NCBI GenBank assembly: GCA_050950285.1
Contig: JBMNHG010000006.1
Location: 231,167 to 295,166, forward strand
Source of the DNA: Kiritimatiellia bacterium
Lineage (GTDB): Bacteria > Verrucomicrobiota > Kiritimatiellia > RFP12 > JBMNHG01
Length of the DNA: 64,000 nucleotides
Direction: 5' to 3'
Part shown: one piece after another, positions 9,905 to 19,132 of the stretch
Layout of the letters: every line of letters starts with the position of its first letter
How positions within the stretch are numbered: position 1 is the first letter of the stretch
Program-made: the position numbers and the translations under genes
The notes under the pieces: generated by a model
Database searches by the model: none
What the model saw: only the letters and a program-made list of their open reading frames with translations
Told to the model about the DNA's origin: nothing

Positions 9905-10813
9905 CTACTCCAGCCTCTTCTTGGCAGGGCGCACATCGTAAAGGGCATGATCCTCTTGAACCAAACTCGCCGATTCTTCAGCCACTTTCTCAAACAGGAG
10001 TTTTGAGTTTGTGAAGAGATCGGCATTCTCCGCTTTCAGGTAGCGGGCGGCCATGCGGCAGTATTCGGGATCGATGTCGATCCCGATGCTGTTGCGGCCG
10101 CTACGCAACGCCGCGACCATCGTGGTGCCCGAACCGCAGAACGGATCGAAAACCGTGTCCCCCGTGAACGAAAACATGCGCACGAGCCTGGTCGCCAATT
10201 CCAGCGGGAACGGTGCCGGGTGGTTCTTCGTGGATGCGCCGGGGATGTTCCATATTTGCTGGAACCAGCGATCGAAATCCTCTTTCCCAATTCGACTCTC
10301 GTCCCTCTGCCTCTGCGACGGCTGCCGGTATCCCCCGGGCTTCCGTTGCATGAGAATGAACTCCATGTCGTTCTTGATGATCGCATTCGGCTCGTATGGC
10401 TTGCCAAGGAATTTCGATCCGTTTGAAACCTCGTAGGATGCGTTGGCAATCTTGTGCCAGATGATCGGGTTCAGGTTGTCGAACCCGATCCGGCGGCAAA
10501 TGACGCAGATGTCGGCATGAAGCGGAAAAACGAGGTGCCGCCCGAAATTCCGCCGAGCCACGCACACGTCGCCGACGACGCAGACCAGCCGCCCCCCCGG
10601 AACCAGAATCCTGTACACATGCCGCCACACCTTCTCCAACTCGACAAGAAAAGCCTCGTAGTCCTGAATGTGCCCGAGTTGGTTGGGGTTCTCGTTGTAC
10701 CGCTTGAGATTCCAGTAAGGCGGCGACGTGACAACAAGATGGACGGATTCGTCCGGCAGGAAAGAGAGTTCCCTTGAGTCCCCGTTGATCAGTCGATGCG
10801 TCGTCGTTTCCAT
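9905..10813 (-). CDS. site-specific DNA methyltransferase (N4-C/N6-A, beta class)
   Basis: Start METTTH; catalytic TSPPY precedes HPAPFP and the SAM-binding DPFCGSGTT; visibly less GC-rich than flanking ileS. Confidence 0.93.
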   Translation of the reverse strand: METTTHRLINGDSRELSFLPDESVHLVVTSPPYWNLKRYNENPNQLGHIQDYEAFLVELEKVWRHVYRILVPGGRLVCVVGDVCVARRNFGRHLVFPLHADICVICRRIGFDNLNPIIWHKIANASYEVSNGSKFLGKPYEPNAIIKNDMEFILMQRKPGGYRQPSQRQRDESRIGKEDFDRWFQQIWNIPGASTKNHPAPFPLELATRLVRMFSFTGDTVFDPFCGSGTTMVAALRSGRNSIGIDIDPEYCRMAARYLKAENADLFTNSKLLFEKVAEESASLVQEDHALYDVRPAKKRLE

Positions 10814-10817
10814 GGTT

Positions 10818-10973
10818 CTACACACACGCGGAGAGATGGCCGGCAAGGACTTTGGCGAATCGTTCGATGGACAGGTCTTCGGCAGGTGTCGCAAAGACGC
10901 CCTTGACGCCCTGATCCGCCTTGGACGTGATGAAAGCAGACGCAGTATAGTGACGTTCCAGAACGAGTTTCCG
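10818..10973 (-). pseudogene. 3' remnant of a PaeR7I/XhoI-like type II restriction endonuclease
   Basis: Manual translation RKLVLERHYTASAFITSKADQGVKGVFATPAEDLSIERFAKVLAGHLSACV*, ending 4 nt before the MTase ATG; in-frame TGA five codons upstream, no start codon. Confidence 0.7.
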
Positions 10974-11033
10974 ACCGTTTTTGAATCAAAACGCCCGAAA
11001 ACGGCCAAAAACGGGGCCGAAACGACCTCCAAA

Positions 11034-11056
11034 TCGGCAAAAAGCGTTTTTGCCGA
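11034..11056. terminator. perfect inverted repeat downstream of the beta-barrel gene (terminator or part of an IS end)
   Basis: TCGGCAAAAA-gcg-TTTTTGCCGA. Confidence 0.45.
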
Positions 11057-11077
11057 CCGCGAACAGCGAAAGTCCGG

Positions 11078-12034
11078 CTAGAACAGGGCGCGCAGGGCGA
11101 TTCCGTACGAATCGCATGCAAGCGGGATGTACCCCTCGCGCCTGGCTACGGCGGTGTCGCTACGCCAGAACCAGATCGAGCCGTCGTCCGCGTCGATCAT
11201 GCGGTAGAAGAGGTCGAGGTAGGCGTAGCGGCACAGCCGCACCGAGGCGCCGAGCGAGAAGGAGACCGCCATGCCGGGCTCCTTGAATTCCATCCAGCGC
11301 ATGACGTCGTGGCGCGGCTCCGTCGACCCGTTTCCGTATCGGTCGTAATCCTTGGGCGAACTCCAGCCGTAATGCCACCAGTTGTCGTAGTCGATGCTGC
11401 AGGAGAAATCCGTCCAGCCAAGGCCCACATACGGGATGATGCGGACTTGCCGGATGTCCACCGGGTACATCACCAAGGCCTCGTACGCGACGCCATCCGC
11501 GACGAAGGTGGCGTCGCGCATCAGGTCGTCGTTGTTCCACATGCCGAGCTCGATGTGCGTCCCCGTCGAGAGCTGGAGCGCGAAATAGTCGCACAGGTTC
11601 ACGCGCACCATCACGCCGAGTCCCTCCATGTCGTCCTCGGAGAGCCTGTTGATGTTGCCCAGGAAGTTTCCCGCCTTGGTTGGATCATACGGTACGTGCG
11701 TCTTGTCCATCGACGTCGCCGAGTACAGCACGCCCACGGAGACACGCTCCGCGACGAAGCGGTTGTAGAAAGAGTCTTCGCGGTAGACTCCGATGGACTC
11801 CGCGGCGCGGCGGAACGGATTGTCGCGCCTGGGGGTCAAGTCCAGCTCGTCGTTGAAGTCGAAAGGAACAGCGGGAGGAGCCTCGCTTGAAGCGGGTTCC
11901 GGATCGGGCGTCTCCGCAACGGATTCCAGCGCGGGCGTCTCCGGCGTATCGGGCGTCTCCGGCGCAGGGTCTTGCGCAAACGACGGGAAGGCAACGAGCA
12001 CGCAGAGAGTGAAGGCGAGAAGCGTGGATTTCAT
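11078..12034 (-). CDS. putative outer-membrane beta-barrel protein
   Basis: Signal peptide MKSTLLAFTLCVLVAFPSFA, acidic Pro-rich linker, alternating strands (PYVGLGW, FSLGASVRL), terminal YGIALRALF with C-terminal Phe. Confidence 0.65.
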   Translation of the reverse strand: MKSTLLAFTLCVLVAFPSFAQDPAPETPDTPETPALESVAETPDPEPASSEAPPAVPFDFNDELDLTPRRDNPFRRAAESIGVYREDSFYNRFVAERVSVGVLYSATSMDKTHVPYDPTKAGNFLGNINRLSEDDMEGLGVMVRVNLCDYFALQLSTGTHIELGMWNNDDLMRDATFVADGVAYEALVMYPVDIRQVRIIPYVGLGWTDFSCSIDYDNWWHYGWSSPKDYDRYGNGSTEPRHDVMRWMEFKEPGMAVSFSLGASVRLCRYAYLDLFYRMIDADDGSIWFWRSDTAVARREGYIPLACDSYGIALRALF

Positions 12035-12280
12035 GGTTGTGTCCTTTTTTGCCGTGATGCGAAACCACGACAGCGAACGCCGTCCCCGAATCGCATGCCA
12101 AGGCAGTCGTAGAATGTATACGCTGGGAATCATGGCACTTTCCGCGAGACATGGCAAATCAAATACGTGCGCAAGGGGAATGGCCAGAAATGGGCCGATG
12201 GTTCGAGGGAGTGGCGGGACGCCCGCGCTCGCGTCCCTCCCGTCCGGCCCAGGAAAACGGCGCGCCGTCCCTGCGGGTTC

Positions 12281-15091
12281 CTACTTCCCGCGTTCGAGCC
12301 TGGAGAGGAGGTCGCGGGCCAGGGCGGCTTCGGGGAAGTCGTCGTAGGCGCCCTGGTCGAGCATGGCGTGGAGCGTTTCGATGGCCTTGGCGTCCTCGTA
12401 GGCGCGATGCAGGCAGAGGGCGCGCCGGTAGTAGGCCTTGGCGCACCAGGCGCGGTGGGCTGCGTACATGATGAAGACGCGCTCGTAGTAGGCGGTGGCC
12501 TTGAGCCAGTCCTTGCGGGCTTCGGCGCAGGCGCCGCGCCCGCAGAGGGCTTCGGGCCAGAGGTTGCTCCAGCCGCGGACGCCGAGGACGGCCTCGTAGC
12601 ATTGGTCGGCCTCGCCGGCCTGGCCCTGGTCGAGATGGAGGCGCGCGAGCAGGAGGAGGGCCTGGGCGGCCTCGGGGCTGGTGGCGTAGACCTCGCGGAC
12701 GACGTCGAGTTGCTTGACGGCTTCGGCGCGGCAGGCCGCGGCCTCGTCCGAGTTCGGCGGCAGGGCTGCGAGGCGATCGAGGGCGACGGAGGCGAGGAAC
12801 ATGCGCGCGTCGAGGGCGTAGTCGGTCTCGGTGAAATCGCGGACGAGAAGGGTGGCGATTCCGGTGGCGAGGTCGGTTTGGCCGCGCTGGACGGCGGCAT
12901 CGAGGATGGTCTCGAGGACGGCGGGCGAGGCGTTGGTGAAATCCTCGGGCTGCATGAGCGAGGTGAGGATGCGTTCCCGGGCGGCGTCGGAGAGGCCGGG
13001 CTGGAAGAGGCGGAGGCGGGCGAGGCGCATGGTGGTGACGCGGTCGCCGCGGCTTTCGGCGAGGCCGCGGGCCTTCTCCATGGCGGTCCATGCGGCGGCG
13101 GACTCTTCGGGCGAAACCTTGCGGGTGGCGGCAACCCATTCGTCGAGGATCATGTCCACGCCGAGGGCGGAACGGTCGTTCCCGAATTCAAGCGCCTTGT
13201 CTAGATAGTAGCGGAGGGTCGCGGCGTGCTCGCCCTGCTGCCACTTGGCGCGGCCGCTCCAGTAGAGGGCCTGCGGGATGTTGGAGTCGGGGCGGTTCTT
13301 GGCGATGTAGCGTTCGAAGTGGGCGAGGACGGCGGAGTAGTCCTCGGAATCGTAGAGGATCTCGCCGGCCTGGAAGGCGCAATGGTTGTAGAGCTCGATG
13401 TTCACGGACTCGGGGGGGAAGTCCAGGGCGCGCTGGTAGAAGGCCACGGCGTCGTCGAGGCGGCCGAGGGCGCCGGCGACATCGCCGCGGAGCACGGTGG
13501 CTTCGCCGGCGAGGAGGCTGCCGGGATTGGCGGAGATGAAGGCGGCGAGCCGCTGGTCGGCAATCTCCAGGTCGCCGAGGGCGTAGTTGCAGACGGCGCG
13601 CCGGAAGGCGGAATCCACGGCGTAGCGGCAATCGGGGTGGTCCATGAGGACCTTGTCGAAACTGTCGGCGGCGGGGGCGTAGTCGCCGGCGAACATGTGG
13701 GACATGGCGGTCCAGTAGACGGCGTCGGGGACGAGTTCGCTGCCGGGGAAGCGGTCGCGCAGTTCGCGCAGGCGGACGATGGCCTGCTCGAACTGTTCCT
13801 CCATGAAATGGGCATAGCCCAAGAGGAAAAGGCATTCGGCGGCGGACTGGTGCTGCGGGCTCACGCGGAGGGCTTCGGAGAGGTGGAGGATGGTCTTCTC
13901 CCAGTCCTGTTCCCTGGCGTACATCTGGCCCATGAGGAGGGTGAGGTCGTCGTACCATTCGCCGGCGGGATAGGTGTCCATGTACTTTCGGCCGATGTCG
14001 TAGGCGCGGCTCCAGGGCTGGATGCGGGCGGCGCAGAAGAAGGTGTAGAAGAGCGATTCCTCGGCACGCCCGGATTCCCCGAAGGCGTGCAGGTGGAGGA
14101 AGAGTTCGCAGGCCTCGCGGTAGCGGTGCGATTCCATGTAGCCGCGCGCGATGCGGTACTGGAGGTCGGCATCGTAGTTTTCGATTTCCGCGAGGGCGGC
14201 GATTTCGGCTTCGGTCTCGCCGATCCACTCCTGCAGGCGGATGAGGCGGCGCGGATCGGTGAAGGTGCGTTGTTCGTAGGCGAGGCTTTTGTGGAGGTAG
14301 TCGAGGAAGCTCTCGGCGCGCACCTGGACCTCGTCGTGCGGGTAGACGAGGCGGTGCATCCAGAAGGCTTCGCGGTAGCGTTCGTCATGGAAGAGGGAGT
14401 CGCCGGCCTCGAAGGCGGCCATGTTGAAGGCGATGGAGCGCGCGGCCAGCGAATCGCGCTGGAGCAGGAAAGGCACCATCCGGTAGATGTGCTCCATGTC
14501 GAGCGTCTTGAGGTATGCGGTGGCGAGAAGGGTGGCGGAGCGGCTGCGCCGGAGGCTGTCGGTCGCATTCCGGAAGGACTTCAGGAGGGGCTCGCGCGCG
14601 GCGGACCAGTCGTCGCCGGCGAGGTGGCATCGGGCGATGGCGGCGTAGATGTCGCACTTCTCGTCCGGCGTGTAGGAATAGCGGCGGAGGGCGGCTTCGT
14701 AGGCTTTGATGGCCTCGTCGAATTTCCGGGAGAAGCGGAGGGTGTCGGCGATGTAGAGGGTGGAGATGGCGGTGCGGGAACCGTGCGGGTACTTCTTGAT
14801 GTAGTCGGCGAAGACCTTGCCGGACTGGGCGAAGTCGCCCGTGAAGAAGTGGCAGAGGGCGAGGTTGAAATAGATGATTTCGAGCTGTGCGGCGGTGTTG
14901 GGCTGCTTGCTGGAACCGAGGGTGTCGATGAGGGCGGTTAGGTCGGGGATGGCGTCTTCGAAGCGTCCTTCGTGGAAGGCACGGAGGCCGTTGGTGCGCA
15001 TTTCGTTCACCGTCGCCTGCTGGGCGGGCAGGGAGGAGAGGCCCGCGCAGAGGGCGATCGCCACGGCAAGGAATCGGAAGGTCGGCTTCAT
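12281..15091 (-). CDS. secreted tetratricopeptide-repeat protein (BamD/CpoB-like repeats)
   Basis: Signal peptide MKPTFRFLAVAIALCAGL; repeated TPR units (A.F.LGYAHF, AVYW.A, FP.S) over ~930 aa. Confidence 0.85.
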   Translation of the reverse strand: MKPTFRFLAVAIALCAGLSSLPAQQATVNEMRTNGLRAFHEGRFEDAIPDLTALIDTLGSSKQPNTAAQLEIIYFNLALCHFFTGDFAQSGKVFADYIKKYPHGSRTAISTLYIADTLRFSRKFDEAIKAYEAALRRYSYTPDEKCDIYAAIARCHLAGDDWSAAREPLLKSFRNATDSLRRSRSATLLATAYLKTLDMEHIYRMVPFLLQRDSLAARSIAFNMAAFEAGDSLFHDERYREAFWMHRLVYPHDEVQVRAESFLDYLHKSLAYEQRTFTDPRRLIRLQEWIGETEAEIAALAEIENYDADLQYRIARGYMESHRYREACELFLHLHAFGESGRAEESLFYTFFCAARIQPWSRAYDIGRKYMDTYPAGEWYDDLTLLMGQMYAREQDWEKTILHLSEALRVSPQHQSAAECLFLLGYAHFMEEQFEQAIVRLRELRDRFPGSELVPDAVYWTAMSHMFAGDYAPAADSFDKVLMDHPDCRYAVDSAFRRAVCNYALGDLEIADQRLAAFISANPGSLLAGEATVLRGDVAGALGRLDDAVAFYQRALDFPPESVNIELYNHCAFQAGEILYDSEDYSAVLAHFERYIAKNRPDSNIPQALYWSGRAKWQQGEHAATLRYYLDKALEFGNDRSALGVDMILDEWVAATRKVSPEESAAAWTAMEKARGLAESRGDRVTTMRLARLRLFQPGLSDAARERILTSLMQPEDFTNASPAVLETILDAAVQRGQTDLATGIATLLVRDFTETDYALDARMFLASVALDRLAALPPNSDEAAACRAEAVKQLDVVREVYATSPEAAQALLLLARLHLDQGQAGEADQCYEAVLGVRGWSNLWPEALCGRGACAEARKDWLKATAYYERVFIMYAAHRAWCAKAYYRRALCLHRAYEDAKAIETLHAMLDQGAYDDFPEAALARDLLSRLERGK

Positions 15092-15128
15092 GGGGGTTCC
15101 GGGTTCGCGGGAGAGCGGGGGGATGGGA

Positions 15129-16286
15129 CTACTCCACCACGACGCCAAGGAGGTCGAGGATGCGGTTCAGGTCGTCGTTGTCGTAGAAATCGATCGTGAG
15201 GCGGCCGTGGGCGCGGCGACCGTTGGCGAAGGTGGCGCCGGAGACGAGGTTGACCTTGGCGCCGAAGTGGCGGTGGAGGCGGTCCTCGATATCCTTGCGA
15301 TGGGCTTCGGGGAGGTCGGGGGAGAGCTTGCGCGCGGAGGAGGGCTCGCTGCCGCGGCGGCGCTCGAGAAGTTTTTCGAGGGCGCGGACGCTGAGCCCCT
15401 CCACCACGGAACGGCGTGCGAGCTGGATTTGGTCGGTCTCGGCGGAGAGACCGAGGAGCACCTTGCCATGGCCGGGCGAGAGCTGTCCGGCGCCGAGCAT
15501 CTGCTTGACCTCGTCGGGCAGGTCGAGCAGGCGGAGGGCGTTGGCGATGCTGGCGCGGGCCTTGCCGACGCGTTCGGAAACCTCCTGCTGGGTGAGGCCG
15601 AAGCGTTCGGAGAGGGTGCGGTAGCCTTCGGCCTCCTCGATCACGTTGAGGTCTTCGCGCTGGATGTTCTCGACGACCGCCATCTCGGCGGCGTCGCGGT
15701 CGTCGGCGTCCACCATGACCACGGGGACGGTCTCGAGTCCTGCGACGAGCGAGGCGCGGAGGCGGCGTTCGCCGGCGATCAGCTGGCAGGTCCCGTCGGG
15801 GGCGCGGCGGCAGAGGAGAGGCTGGATGACGCCATGGACGCGGATGGAATCGGCGAGTTCGTCGAGGAGGTCGCCGTCGAAGGTCGAGCGTGGCTGCCAG
15901 GGGCTGCGCTCGATGTCGGAGGCCTTCACCTGGAGGATGTGGCCGACCGGAGGGGCGGCGGGGAACGGCGCCGCGGCGGGCGGCAGCGATGCGGCCTTCG
16001 GGGCGGCGGGTGCGGGGGCGGGCGCTGCGGGCGGCGTCTCCGGGCGGTCGGCCGGGCGTGTGGCGGAGGGAGAACCGCGGAGGCCGATCAAGGCGTCGAG
16101 GCCGCGGCCGAGGCCGGGGCGGGGGCGGAGGGCGGCAGGAGCGAGGCCCGGGCGGCGGGCGCTGGAGGCCGAAGGGGCGGCGGGCTTCTTCTTCGACGCC
16201 GGTTTCGCGGCGGCCGGGGAGGGTTTCCCTCCCTTTGCGGCAGATTTCTTCACGGGAGTCCTCGACGATTTCTTCGCAGGTGCCAT
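15129..16286 (-). CDS. parB: ParB/Spo0J partition protein with Lys/Ala/Pro-rich N-terminal extension
   Basis: GLGRGLDALI, QPR..F, HGVIQP, IAGERRLRA, ENIQREDLN..EEA, HTH TQQEVSERVGKARASIANALRLL. Confidence 0.93.
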   Translation of the reverse strand: MAPAKKSSRTPVKKSAAKGGKPSPAAAKPASKKKPAAPSASSARRPGLAPAALRPRPGLGRGLDALIGLRGSPSATRPADRPETPPAAPAPAPAAPKAASLPPAAAPFPAAPPVGHILQVKASDIERSPWQPRSTFDGDLLDELADSIRVHGVIQPLLCRRAPDGTCQLIAGERRLRASLVAGLETVPVVMVDADDRDAAEMAVVENIQREDLNVIEEAEGYRTLSERFGLTQQEVSERVGKARASIANALRLLDLPDEVKQMLGAGQLSPGHGKVLLGLSAETDQIQLARRSVVEGLSVRALEKLLERRRGSEPSSARKLSPDLPEAHRKDIEDRLHRHFGAKVNLVSGATFANGRRAHGRLTIDFYDNDDLNRILDLLGVVVE

Positions 16287-16342
16287 GGCATTGCCCTCCA
16301 ATTCAACGATACAACATCCAAACCCCATTGCTTCGGCCCGTG

Positions 16343-17398
16343 CTAGGGGTACATCCCCACGCGGGAGAGGCCCATCGTCTCGGGCAGCCCGAAGAGGAGG
16401 TTCATGTCCTGGACGGCGGAACCGGCCTGGCCCTTCACGAGGTTGTCGATGTGGGAAACCACGCGCAAGCGGCGGCAGCGGGAGTCGACGCTCACGACGA
16501 GGTTGCAGAAATTCGTGCCGCGCACGTGCATCGTGCCGATGTTGGCATCGCTGCCGAAGACGCGCACGAAGGGGCTGTCCTTGTAGAATTCGCGGTAGAG
16601 GGCGGCCATCTCCGCCTCCGTCGCATCGCGGACGAGCTGCCCATACAGCGTGGAAAGAATGCCGCGGCAGGCCGGCACGACGTGGGCCGTGAAGGTGAGG
16701 CGGCATTCGGTTTCCGCCAGAAGGCCGAGTTCGCGCTCCACCTCGCACACGTGCTGGTGGCCGGAGAGGCGGTAGGCGTTCACGTTCTCGTAGCGGTGGG
16801 GGAAGTGGTGGCCTGCGACGAGCTTCTTGCCGGCCCCGGAGACCCCCGTCTTGCAGTCGCAGACGAGGCCGACGGGTTCGACCATGCGGGCCTTCATGGC
16901 GGGGGCGAGGCCGAGGATGCAGGAGCAGGCGAAGCAGCCGGGATTGCCCACGAGGTCGGTCCGGCGGAGTTCGTCGCGGTAAAGCTCGGCGAGCCCGTAG
17001 ACGCTGCGCCCCAGCAGGTCGGGCGCGAGGTGCGTGGGATCCTTGCCCATGCGGGTCGCGTAGTCGGCGTATGCCTCGACGGTGGAAAAACGGAAATCGC
17101 CGCTGAAGTCGATCACCTTCATGCCCTGCGCGAGGAGGTCGCGGGCCTGGACCATGCCCACCCGGTCGGGGGTCGAGAGGAAGACCACGTCGGCCGGCTC
17201 CCGGGCGGCGGGGTCGTCGGCGGCGAGCACCGGCAGGTCGCAGAAGCCGGCGAGGTGCGGATAGATGTCGCTCACGCGCCGCCCCACGTCCTCTCGTGCG
17301 ACGAGGGAAACGATCTGCGCCTCCGGATGCTGGAGGAGCAGTTCGATGGCGCCGATGCCGCCGTATCCGGTCGCGCCGATGATTTTTACTCTGACCAT
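16343..17398 (-). CDS. argC: N-acetyl-gamma-glutamyl-phosphate reductase
   Basis: IIGATGYGG, DFSGDFR, YGLAE, NPGCF, GVSGAG, IDNLVKG.AG.AVQ. Confidence 0.95.
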   Translation of the reverse strand: MVRVKIIGATGYGGIGAIELLLQHPEAQIVSLVAREDVGRRVSDIYPHLAGFCDLPVLAADDPAAREPADVVFLSTPDRVGMVQARDLLAQGMKVIDFSGDFRFSTVEAYADYATRMGKDPTHLAPDLLGRSVYGLAELYRDELRRTDLVGNPGCFACSCILGLAPAMKARMVEPVGLVCDCKTGVSGAGKKLVAGHHFPHRYENVNAYRLSGHQHVCEVERELGLLAETECRLTFTAHVVPACRGILSTLYGQLVRDATEAEMAALYREFYKDSPFVRVFGSDANIGTMHVRGTNFCNLVVSVDSRCRRLRVVSHIDNLVKGQAGSAVQDMNLLFGLPETMGLSRVGMYP

Positions 17399-17440
17399 CG
17401 CTAAAAAACTCCGTAACAAGGTGACGATGAAAATTCCGTG

Positions 17441-17449
17441 TGGTATCAT
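17441..17449 (+). promoter_or_regulatory. possible extended -10 element for nadB
   Basis: TG-G-TATCAT in the AT-richer divergent argC/nadB spacer. Confidence 0.3.
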
Positions 17450-17524
17450 ACCCTCCTGACTGCCTTTCATTCAAGCGGAGGTTTGGCGTCCGCGCGAAAT
17501 CGGCAAAGGCATCCGAGGAAAACC

Positions 17525-19132
17525 ATGCGCATCGAGACATGCGACTATTTCATCGTCGGCAGCGGTATCGCCGGACTCATGAGCGCCCTGCACCTGGCCC
17601 CCCACGGGAAGGTGCTGCTGGTGACCAAGAAGGAGTCCGCCGAATGCAATTCCAACTACGCGCAAGGCGGCATCGCCTGCGTGCAGGGGGAGGGGGACTC
17701 CTTCGCCCAGCACGTGGAGGACACGCTGGACGCCGGCGCCGGCCTCTGCAACCCGAAGGTGGTGGAGCGGATCGTCGCCGGCGGTCCCGCCCGGATTGCC
17801 GAGCTCGAGACGTACGGCGTGCGCTTCACCGAATCCCGGCAGCCCGCCGACGGCTCGCGCTACGATCTCGGCCGCGAGGGCGGCCACCGCCGCCGCCGCG
17901 TGTTGCACGCGGGCGACATCACCGGCAACCGCGTGGAAGAGGTCCTCCTGCGACGGGTGATGGAAACTCCGGGCATCACCGTTCTGGAGAACGTGATGCT
18001 CGTGGACCTGATCACCACGCGCTGGCTCCGCCGCCCCGGCGCGAACCGCTGCGTGGGCGCCTACGCGCTCGACTGCCGGAAGGGCGAGATCTTCGCCGTC
18101 CGCACCCCGTGGACGGTCCTCGCCACCGGCGGCGCCGGCAAGGTATACCTCTACACGAGCAACCCGGACATCGCCACCGGCGACGGCATCGCCATCGCCT
18201 GGCGCGCGGGCGCCGAAATCGCGAACATGGAGTTCATCCAGTTCCACCCCACCTGCCTCTACCATCCGTACGCCCGGCGTTTCCTCATCAGCGAGGCCGT
18301 GCGGGGCGAAGGCGCCGAACTCGTCGACCGCGACGGGAAGCCCTTCATGCACCGGTACGACCCGCGGGGCGCCCTCGCCCCCCGCGACATCGTGGCCCGC
18401 GCCATCGACGCCGAACTCAAGCGCACCGCCGCCCCCTGCTGCTTCCTCGACATCCGCGACAAGCCGGCGGGGTTCGTGCGGAACCGCTTCCCAACCCTCT
18501 ACGCCACCTGCAAGAAGTACGGCATCGACATGGCGAAGGACCTGATCCCCGTGGTTCCCGCCGCCCACTACTGCTGCGGCGGCGTGCGCGCCACCGTCGA
18601 AGGCATTACCAGCATCCCCGGCCTTCTCGCCGTGGGCGAAACCGCCTGTACCGGACTCCACGGCGCGAACCGCCTCGCATCCAACTCCCTGCTCGAAGCG
18701 CTCGTCTGCGCCCACGCGATGGCCGAACGCCTCGCCTCCAACCCCCGCCAGTCCCCCGCGATGGCGGACGTCGCCATCCCGAACTGGGAGACGGGCAAGG
18801 CCGTCCCCAGCGACGAACAGGTGGTGGTCGCCCACAACTGGAACGAACTCCGCACCTGCATGTGGGACTACGTGGGCATCGTGCGCACCGGCAAGCGCCT
18901 CGACCGCGCCTTCCGCCGCGTGAGAAACCTGCGAAAGGAAATCCAGCAATACTACTTCGACTACGTGGTGACGCCCGACATCCTCGAACTCCGAAACCTC
19001 GCCGACACGGCGGAGCTCATCGTCCGCTGCGCGCGCAAACGCCGCGAAAGCCGCGGCCTCCACTACACGCTCGACTATCCGCGCATGCTCCCGAAAACCG
19101 GCGACACCATCCTTCCCGGCCGCGATGAATAG
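17525..19132 (+). CDS. nadB: L-aspartate oxidase
   Basis: GSGIAGL, SNYAQGGIA, REGGH, NMEFIQFHPT, LISEAVRGEG, HYCCGG, GLHGANRLASNSLLE, ESRGLHY. Confidence 0.96.
   Translation: MRIETCDYFIVGSGIAGLMSALHLAPHGKVLLVTKKESAECNSNYAQGGIACVQGEGDSFAQHVEDTLDAGAGLCNPKVVERIVAGGPARIAELETYGVRFTESRQPADGSRYDLGREGGHRRRRVLHAGDITGNRVEEVLLRRVMETPGITVLENVMLVDLITTRWLRRPGANRCVGAYALDCRKGEIFAVRTPWTVLATGGAGKVYLYTSNPDIATGDGIAIAWRAGAEIANMEFIQFHPTCLYHPYARRFLISEAVRGEGAELVDRDGKPFMHRYDPRGALAPRDIVARAIDAELKRTAAPCCFLDIRDKPAGFVRNRFPTLYATCKKYGIDMAKDLIPVVPAAHYCCGGVRATVEGITSIPGLLAVGETACTGLHGANRLASNSLLEALVCAHAMAERLASNPRQSPAMADVAIPNWETGKAVPSDEQVVVAHNWNELRTCMWDYVGIVRTGKRLDRAFRRVRNLRKEIQQYYFDYVVTPDILELRNLADTAELIVRCARKRRESRGLHYTLDYPRMLPKTGDTILPGRDE

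Noticed and set aside
15129..17540. 803-aa ParB fusion ORF and plasmid-origin interpretation
   Set aside because: The upstream part overlaps argC in another frame, and the surrounding genes are chromosomal housekeeping genes.
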